DNA from: Phyllobates terribilis
Lineage: Eukaryota
DNA length: 64,000 nucleotides
Reading direction: 5' to 3'
NCBI RefSeq assembly: GCF_046119375.1
Contig: NW_027362896.1
Location: forward strand, 248,001 to 312,000
Part shown: one piece after another, positions 57,401 through 64,000 of the stretch
Layout of the letters: every line of letters begins with the position of its first letter
How positions within the stretch are numbered: position 1 is the stretch's first letter
Position numbers and translations under genes: made by a program
The notes under the pieces: model-generated
The model's input: only the letters and a program-made list of their open reading frames with translations
What the model was told of the DNA's origin: nothing
The model's database searches: none

Positions 57401-59556
57401 TGGCAACTGTCACAGGTCTGGCAGTACTGACGAACATCATGGAATAACCCTGGCCAAAAGAAGTTTTGTGTCAGACGATGCCTGGTGGGGCTGACTCCGA
57501 GGTGCCCCGCCAAGGGTATGTCATGAGAGATTCGCAGCAACTCCTGCCTATACTTTTTGGGAACTACCAGCTGTCGTTTTACAGTGGGGCTCGTCCCTGA
57601 GTGAGTTTGCCCGGTAACCCTGTAGAGGAGTCCCTGATGCCATATAAACTGTTCACCTTCCAGTACCCCTCTTCCCTCCTGTGCCTTCCCGCGATACCCC
57701 TGCAATGAGGGATCCTCTAGTACCTCCTTCCTAAATTCTGCTGGGGTGTCCCATGAAATGTGTCTGGCTATGGGAATACGAGAAGAGCTGTAGTGTCTTA
57801 CCTGGGCCTCCTCCGAGTGTGATTCCGCCTCCGCAGCTCGAGCTTGTCTCCGGGTAGTGACAGGATATGTTTCAGCCATAGCCACCGATGCCGGGTCGGC
57901 TTCGTCTTGGTAGCAGTGTACAGCGGCCCGGTTGAAGGTAGTCGTTTCCGGTTTTGGCCACTGGGTGCGCTGGGTCCGGTTGGGACAGTGTCTCTGCAGG
58001 TGACCCAGTTGATGGCAGGTGTGGCATCGCACCCCAGGAGGACTCTGGTAGGCCGGGGTATTGGTGGGTCCCCCGCCAAGCTTCTGTGGTTTAGGGGCCT
58101 CCAGACCCATGGGAGGGCCCCTTGAGACAGTTTTGGACCCTGACAATTGGGCCCTCCTGGCATCATAATGTTCATCGGTCAGTCCCGAAGCCATTCTTGC
58201 GTCTCGGGAGTTAACCCAGTAAAAGAATCGTTCTAACATGATGAGCTGTAGGACGTCCTCCTTCGTGTCTGCTTTGCTACCTTGTACCCACTGTAAGCGT
58301 GACTGCCATAGTTTACAGGCCCATTCAGCGTGGGTATCCGTTTCCCGTTTTGTGGTTTTGCGGAACTTTTGACGGTATGCCTCTGGTGTTAGAGCATACC
58401 GGGCCAAGATCACTTCTTTGACTCGCTTATAGTCCATACAGTCCTGATCCGATACAGTGTGATAGGCATCCGCTGCCCGGCCTGTCAGCTTGTTGGCCAG
58501 AATCTGGACCCAATCCTCCGGCTCCACTTTATGAAGTGTACACTGCCGCTCAAAGTCCTGCAGAAAGCCATCAATGTCTTCCTCTGCCTCCCCCAACTGT
58601 CGGAAGGCATTGTATTGGATCATTTTGTGGCTTACCCCTGCTGGTACCGGGGAGGAAGCCAGGGCTTCCCCAGCTCGCTGTATCTCCTGTCTCCGCTCCG
58701 CCATCTCCATCTTGGCTAGCTCTATCTTGGTCCGCTCTGCCATCTCCATCCTGGCTAGCTCCATCCGCTCTGTCCTCTCCATCTCCATCTTTTTATCCAG
58801 ATCAGTACGCACATCAGCCATCACCTTATCTATGATCTGTACTGCCGGGTTGGGAGCATAAAGTGCCAGTCTGCTCTTTACCTCCCTCTGGAATTCAGTC
58901 TCTTCCACGTTCCCGTTGGAGGTTGTTGCATTGTCGAGCTCCATAATGGCTGCTATCAAATCCGCTTTTGTTTTGTTGCTGGCGGTTAACCCTCGAGCTT
59001 CCACAAGGTTCTTCAAAGTATTCCTCTTTAGCTTCCGGTAGATATCTTCCATTCAGTCCTTGGTTCCTGAAGAAGATGGACCGCATCCCACCGCTGCCAC
59101 CAGTGTGACGGGAGCTAGTTACCCCATCCGCAGATGTCCAATCTTCTTCTGCCGGCCCCGGACATGGAAAGGCTTTTCTTACACTGGGATATATAAAATA
59201 TGACTATCGCACTGTGTCTCCAAGATGAACTAAAACTTTTATTCTTACAAGCAGGTTTTATAGAGAATCACACAGGCTATATTTAGCACCCATTGTTCTC
59301 ACCAGATAATACCCACAGTAGGCTCCCAGACAGCAGTTAGGCAACAACCCATTAATCAGCACATTGTCTGTTTGCCACTGCTAAGTGAGCACAGGAAGGT
59401 GGGGGCCAGGAGTGCTTTGGTCACATCACAAAATGTCCAACAATATGTGATCCACAATATTCACCCCACTTTGTAACATTATGTCCCATTAGCTGCATAG
59501 GCGCTACGACAACCCCCATGTGGCAAAATCTTGGAGTACGGGGTTGATCCGTCACA
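54459..59556 (-). mobile_element. Gmr1-like LTR retrotransposon B, copy B
   Basis: LTRs 54459-54912 and 59104-59556, GGTAA TSD, tRNA-Leu PBS. Confidence 0.95.
55150..59052 (-). CDS. 1300-aa Gag(SCAN-like, CCHC)-integrase-RT-partial RNase H polyprotein lacking protease
   Basis: Single ORF: PEAYRQKFR..LIMLERF; CHTCHQLGHLQRHC; no D-[ST]-G protease; integrase H..H..C..C with VDLIGP/SDQG/CER; RT LDLCKGYWQ..YLDD; RNase H frameshifts after EKECLAVV. Confidence 0.9.
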   Translation of the reverse strand: MEDIYRKLKRNTLKNLVEARGLTASNKTKADLIAAIMELDNATTSNGNVEETEFQREVKSRLALYAPNPAVQIIDKVMADVRTDLDKKMEMERTERMELARMEMAERTKIELAKMEMAERRQEIQRAGEALASSPVPAGVSHKMIQYNAFRQLGEAEEDIDGFLQDFERQCTLHKVEPEDWVQILANKLTGRAADAYHTVSDQDCMDYKRVKEVILARYALTPEAYRQKFRKTTKRETDTHAEWACKLWQSRLQWVQGSKADTKEDVLQLIMLERFFYWVNSRDARMASGLTDEHYDARRAQLSGSKTVSRGPPMGLEAPKPQKLGGGPTNTPAYQSPPGVRCHTCHQLGHLQRHCPNRTQRTQWPKPETTTFNRAAVHCYQDEADPASVAMAETYPVTTRRQARAAEAESHSEEAQVRHYSSSRIPIARHISWDTPAEFRKEVLEDPSLQGYRGKAQEGRGVLEGEQFIWHQGLLYRVTGQTHSGTSPTVKRQLVVPKKYRQELLRISHDIPLAGHLGVSPTRHRLTQNFFWPGLFHDVRQYCQTCDSCQRIGKRGDRCKAKLHPLPIVEEPFSRVAVDLIGPLAKPSPSGKRYILTVIDYTTRYPEAVALPNILAETVGAALLQVFSRVRFPREIISDQGTQFTAEVTSQLWRLCGVKSIRSAPYHPQTNGLCERFNGMLKQLIGTFTRTYRDWEKFLPHLLFAYREVPQESTGFSPFELLYGRRVRGPLDLVRELWEGEETIAGTPIVPFVLELRDRLQELTQAVCVNMQAAQRLQRVWYDQRTRERTFEIGQKVLVLEPVRQNKFQAAWQGPYRVVGKIADTTFNVADCDDPRVIRMFHVNMLKPYRERPEEVASICAPEAEDLAELPLPDVLGERTQSKTWDQVHLGENLGTREREQAETLLRQRQRMFSERPGFTRLAQHKVETQDQTPLRQPPFRVPESVREGMRQEIQEMLRLGVIEESDSPWVSPVVLVPKKDGTTRFWVDYRKLNEKTVTDAYPMPRVDELLDRLAGAKYLTTIDLCKGYWQIPLSPDAIPKSAFVTPFGLFQFWVMPFGMKNAPATFQRLADRLLDGLQDYACAYLDDIAVYSATWDEHLNHLETVLDRIHKAELTLNPNKCHVGKAEVQYLGHWVGGGKQRPEPAKIEAIAKWPTPRAKTQVMAFLGTAGYYRKFVPNYSSIAKPLTDLTRKNLPRQLTWTPECEEAFRQLKDALTNTPILAAPDPTKRFLVHTDASMFGLGAVLSQVGPDGQEHPIAYLSRKLLPREVSYVAIEKECLAVVFVNIFVWKIVFPHNGS

Positions 59557-59865
59557 GGTAAATTTGCAATAAAAAAGATGGCATCACTTGCTAACTTCTG
59601 CAATCAACCAGTGAGGAGTTATCGCAGAAAATTAGAGATTTAATAAAACCAAGAAGGGCGGAGACCAGCCCACGTGAGGTCATCACAGGGGAGTGTGTGG
59701 GCAGTGCCCCTGTCGGCATAAAAGATCAGGCCGAATATTGATCTATACTCATGCCGGGTTATACATATTTGTGTAAGCGGGGGTCCTGTTCCATAACGGT
59801 TCGTTTGACTGCTTCCCTCCAGCTAAACTGAATCGTCTCTGCGATCGGCCTAGTAAGTCCTTCTA

Positions 59866-60905
59866 TTAATCCCTTTTTATTTTGTGTAACTGTATATGCT
59901 GTATTAAACATGAACCCTGCGTGAAACATTTCCCACATTCTGGACATGAATATAGCTTTTCTCCAGTGTGAATTCTTTGATGTTTTTGAAGATCTGGTTT
60001 CCGGATAAAACATTTCCCACATTCTGAACATGAATATGGCTTCTCTCCTGTGTGAATTCTGTAATGTTTATGAAGATCTGGTTTCTGGATAAAACATTTC
60101 CCACATTCTGAACATGAATATGGCTTTTCTCCAGTGTGAATTCTTTGATGTTTTTGAAGATCTGGTTTCCGGATAAAACATTTCCCACATTCTGAACATG
60201 AATATGGCTTCTCTCCTGTGTGAATTCTTTGATGTTTATGAAGATCTGATTTCTGGATAAAACATTTCCCACATTCTGAACATGAATATGGCTTCTCTCC
60301 TGTATGACTTCTGTAATGTTTAAGCAAATTTGACTTATTGCTGAAACATTTCGCACATTCTGAACATGAAAATGGCTTTTCTCCTGTGTGACTTCTTTGA
60401 TGCATAAGCAATTTAGATTTATGTTCAAAACATTTCCCACATTCTGGACATGAATATGCCTTCTCTCCTGTGTGAATTCTTTGATGTTTATGAAGATCTG
60501 ATTTCTGGATAAAACATTTCCCACATTCTGAACATGAATATGCCTTCTCTCCTGTGTGAAATTTTTCATGTTTATGAAGATCTGGTTTCTGGATAAAACA
60601 TTTCCCACATTCTGAACATGAATATGGCTTCTCTCCTGTGTGAAATCTTTGATGTTTAAGCAATTTATATTTAGTTTTAAAACATTTCCCACATTCTGAA
60701 CAGGAAAATGGTTTCTTCCCTGTGGGAATTATTTGATGTTCGACATCCCTTCTCTGGCTTTCATTTTGCTTAACAGTCTGTGATGAATCCAAGTAGATGA
60801 CGGATTGAAAAGGCTCAGATGATTGATTTTTGCTCTGAAGGGCTGGAGGTATAGCTGGAATAATGGCACGCTTTTCATGGGTATCTGGTTTGACACCACA
60901 GTCAT
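59866..60905 (-). CDS. KRAB-ZNF gene 3, last exon: 10 C2H2 fingers
   Basis: Protein identical to the gene 2 last exon in the ORF track, with the same acceptor. Confidence 0.93.
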
Positions 60906-61325
60906 CTGCCAAGAATAAATCTGATTTTATTATTTTTTTATATCAATTCCTTATATTTTATAACATTTCTCTATACATACATACAGGCAGAAACGTTTCA
61001 GGCAATAAAAGGAGGATTAAAAATAAGCTTTATTACATTACAATCTACAGCAACAGATAAAAATACACGCCATAAAAACATGTAAGATGGAGTATTCACA
61101 TCTCCGAGAAACTATACCAATATGTAGGAGGTGTAATAAAAATAAGATTAGCAAATATCTCCAATTAGAAATGTAGTATAGTTCTTCTGATTCGCTATGT
61201 CACTTACCCCATGTTCAGGGCATTGCAAGTTAGTTGCTAGTGGTCATAACTATGGATACCTAAGCTACTGCAATGCTCTGCACATGGGGTAAGTGACAAA
61301 GAATCAGGAGAACTATACCACATTT

Positions 61326-61829
61326 CTAATTGGAGTCTGAATAAACCTCGACCTCACACATCGACAGGTACTCCGAGTGTCATGGGATCACCATGCTGAC
61401 GTAGCGACCCTCCATCCCCTTACAGCAGAAGGACAAGGTGGCAGAGACCACATTCGTGACTGTGCCGCGTACTGGAATGTTATTGTCGGGGGAGTTCCCG
61501 ATTCGGACCTCGGCCCCCATCAGTCGCTCAGGGCAACAGTCCATCCTGTTGGTTATGGCGACGCTGGATATCTTGTAGCTCTTGCCCAGGTCCAGCTTCC
61601 ACCAGGGATCCTTCTCCAGGTTGGTGTGGGTGCAGAAGTCACTATTGAAGTCGGTGTCTTTGTTCCCATCAATGGCGTTCTTAGCCAATATGCTCCTGGT
61701 GGCATACGGATAGTCCGACACCTGGGAGGCCACTCCGGTCCTTGCTATGTTTGTGGCTCCAGGTGCAGGAGCAAATCCCAGAGCCAGAACCACAGATCCC
61801 AGTAGAATCAGAGAAGATACAAGATTCAT
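61326..61829 (-). pseudogene. Nearly intact secreted F-type lectin: 167 codons with one nonsense codon (codon 150)
   Basis: MNLVSSLILLGSVVLALGFAPAPGA is in frame with the FTLD and the fucose motif is intact. TGA at 61380-61382 corresponds to GGA in the inverted arm, and the frame continues HSEYLSMCEVEVYSDSN*. Confidence 0.92.
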
Positions 61830-61951
61830 CCTGCAGGAGATGTAAGTGAAGGTCCTGTGTAATCTCCACATCTGATAAATGCTGGTTCCCTGGTAATCAG
61901 TGACTATTCCCTGCAGTCTGTACTCACAGGAGCAGCTCCTGCACAATCTGG

Positions 61952-62411
61952 ATGAATCTTGTATCTTCTCTGATTCTACTGGGATCTGTGGTTCTGGCTC
62001 TGGGATTTGCTCCTGCACCTGGACCACAAACATAGCAAGGACCGGAGTGGCCTCCCAGGTGTCGGACTATCCGTATGCCACCAGGAGCATATTGGCTAAG
62101 AACGCCATCGATGAGAACAAAGACACCGACTTCAATAGTGACTTCTGCACCCACACCAACCTGGAGAAGGATCCCTGGTGGAAGCTGGACCTGGGCAAGA
62201 GCTACAAGACATCCAGCGTCGCCATAACCAACAGGATGGACTGTTGCCCTGAGCCACTCATGGGGGCCGAGGTCCGAATTGGCAACTCCCCCGACAATAA
62301 CATTCCAGTGTGCGGCACAGTCACGAATGTTATCTCTGCCACCTTGTGCTTCTGCTGTAAGGGGATGGAGGTCGGTACGTCAGCGTGGTGATCCCAGGAC
62401 ACTCGGAGTAC
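61952..62411 (+). pseudogene. F-type lectin inverted duplicate, copy B
   Basis: Matches 31484-31943. Confidence 0.9.
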
Positions 62412-63293
62412 ATTTCTAATTGGAGGTATTTTCTGTTATTATTATCACACCTACTATATTTTGGGATAGGATTTTGGAGATGGGAATACCCCTTCAAGGC
62501 TGTATGCTTAGGACTTATCCAGGACTCATCCAGATGCCTCATTCCATTGTTTTTTGTGATTACATTGATCCCTCTTAAATGGCTTTTTGTATTTTTATGT
62601 GTTTTCAACTGCGATCTAATAAATTGTATTTTTAATCTCTATATTGTCTCACATTTCTCTGTACACAGTCATGGTTGAAATAGTTGGCGCCATTAAAATT
62701 GTTCCAGAAAATGAAGTATTTCTCCTAGGACATTATTGCAATTACACCTGTTTTGTTATAGACACGTTTATTTCCTTTGTGTGTATTGTCACTGATCTTT
62801 TCTAGTGAAATGTTCAATGGAGAATCAAAACTGGGCTTTGACCAGATAATTACCTGACCCTACTTCTCAACCCTTTCCTGATCTGCCTACATACTTCTTG
62901 TTGACCGCAGAACGGTTTGGCTTCTCACTTGACTGCTCTTCCGGGACGTGTACTGCTGCTAGATATTGACCTTGGCTTCTCCAGCTTAGATGTCCACCTG
63001 CCTGACTTCTGTGTGTGACCCGGCTCTCTTCTTGACATTCAGCTGTAATCTGGCAACTCACAACTACATTACAATTGGAGACATGGAGCCTTTCTGCAGC
63101 AAATAAAACTCTGAGCATTAAAGATTTGCTGCCAAAACGCGTTAATCAAAAAAAGTGAAAAAAAAAGCTTTTTTTTTATTACGCATCAAATCTATCTGCA
63201 AGTAAAATGCACGTCAATTACTTGTGTGATCAAACTCATAATATAATGACCACAGGATCTGTGACTTCTCTGCATTTAGTGGTCACTACTCAC

Positions 63294-63384
63294 CTGGGTG
63301 GTCATATGTAGGAATCTCCTCTTTACACCGCTCATCACCCCTCACATATGTCTCTGTAGTATTAATATGGGTCAGATCTTCACC
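63294..63384 (-). CDS. KRAB-ZNF gene 3 exon 5
   Basis: AG/GT intact, 91 nt. Confidence 0.88.
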
Positions 63385-63582
63385 CTGAAACAAATATTGT
63401 AAAAGTCACAGACAGATGGAGAAGTCCCATCTATGATCAGCTCTAATCCTGCCATCTCCACCGTTCTCATTACACAAGTATAAACCATATAATACTGGTG
63501 GATAAAACAAGACTGAGCACAAGACCTTCACAGCCGTCTACACATCATAGGGGAGATCTCATGACACCTTCTCTCCATCTAC

Positions 63583-63680
63583 CTGATGATCCTGAGGAAC
63601 ATTGGGGTCTTCTTGTTTACAGTCCTGTGGAAGAAGAGGATGGGGACATCTCTCTCGCGTTGTCCTCTTACTGGACAGAT
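63583..63680 (-). CDS. KRAB-ZNF gene 3 exon 4 (DLSSKRTTRERCPHPLLPQ..)
   Basis: AG/GT intact, 98 nt. Confidence 0.88.
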
Positions 63681-63763
63681 CTGGAGGAAACACATACAGG
63701 GACTGAATTCATTCTTTACATACAGATAATTATAGGCCTTGTGTATTTAGTCCTGTCTATTAC

Positions 63764-63887
63764 CTGGTGATGTGGGGGGCTGGGGAACCTCCATCATGAC
63801 GTCCTTGTACAGATCTTTGTGTCCTTCTAAATACTCCCACTCCTCCATGGAGAAATAGACAGCGACATCCTGACACCTTATAGGAAC
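63764..63887 (-). CDS. KRAB-ZNF gene 3 exon 3, KRAB-A box
   Basis: [41 protein letters not shown]. Confidence 0.92.
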
Positions 63888-63970
63888 CTGACACATACAA
63901 TGATACCGTCATCCCCCCGATCCCTCCATAGCGTCACTGTATAATGTCCCAGCATTCCCAGCAGTGTCAC

Positions 63971-64000
63971 CTCTCCAGTCAGCAGCTCAATCATCTTGTA
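63971..64000 (-). CDS. KRAB-ZNF gene 3 exon 2, partial (window edge)
   Basis: YKMIELLTGE followed by a GTGACA donor. Confidence 0.85.

Larger units (their letters stand above)
61085..62494. mobile_element. Palindromic MITE carrying the lectin cassette, copy B
   Basis: Collinear with 30618-32026, with the 16-bp repeat at 61320-61335 and 62410-62425. Confidence 0.75.
41725..64000 (+). repeat. Segmental duplication, copy B
   Basis: Collinear with copy A from 15732 onward, apart from the 4973-bp chromovirus and the missing 457-bp insertion. Confidence 0.95.

Noticed and set aside
61380-61382. Selenocysteine or programmed readthrough at the lectin UGA
   Set aside because: The inverted arm has GGA (Gly) at this site and no SECIS was recognised, so a simple nonsense mutation is more likely. 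UGA-C leakiness cannot be excluded.
41725-64000. Whole duplication as an assembly artefact
   Set aside because: The copies carry different TSD-flanked insertions and several percent divergence over many kb. Uncollapsed divergent haplotypes cannot be fully excluded without reads.

Overview
Vertebrate genomic DNA, most likely anuran, inferred from Xenopus XlCOF-type zinc-finger genes and frog-type repeats. The window holds a head-to-tail cluster of three minus-strand KRAB-C2H2 zinc-finger genes. Gene 1 has CDS exons from 14389 to 1046, 16 fingers and 721 aa. Gene 2 runs 33889 to 29399, with 10 fingers and 536 aa. Gene 3 is 5'-truncated by the window edge and encodes the same 10-finger array as gene 2. 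A large tandem duplication (about 15.7-33.6 kb vs 41.7-64 kb) accounts for most of the window. Nested mobile elements fill most of the rest: Tc1 fragments, DIRS1, a Ngaro-like YR element with an SGNH hydrolase ORF, three Gmr1-like Ty3/Gypsy elements (SCAN-like gag, integrase before RT), a very young and almost intact chromovirus with an apparent self-priming PBS, L2, hAT and piggyBac non-autonomous elements, MITEs and solo LTRs. The most unusual feature is an intron-containing F-type lectin (fucolectin) gene cassette. It is a fold-back inverted duplication flanked by a 16-bp direct repeat, inside a palindromic MITE in the last intron of genes 2 and 3. A younger 457-bp insertion at 26.7-27.1 kb has the same architecture (16-bp TSD, fold-back, one-sided tail), which suggests a shared insertion mechanism able to mobilise host genes. 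All coordinates were read by hand, and percent identities are eyeballed estimates, not alignments.
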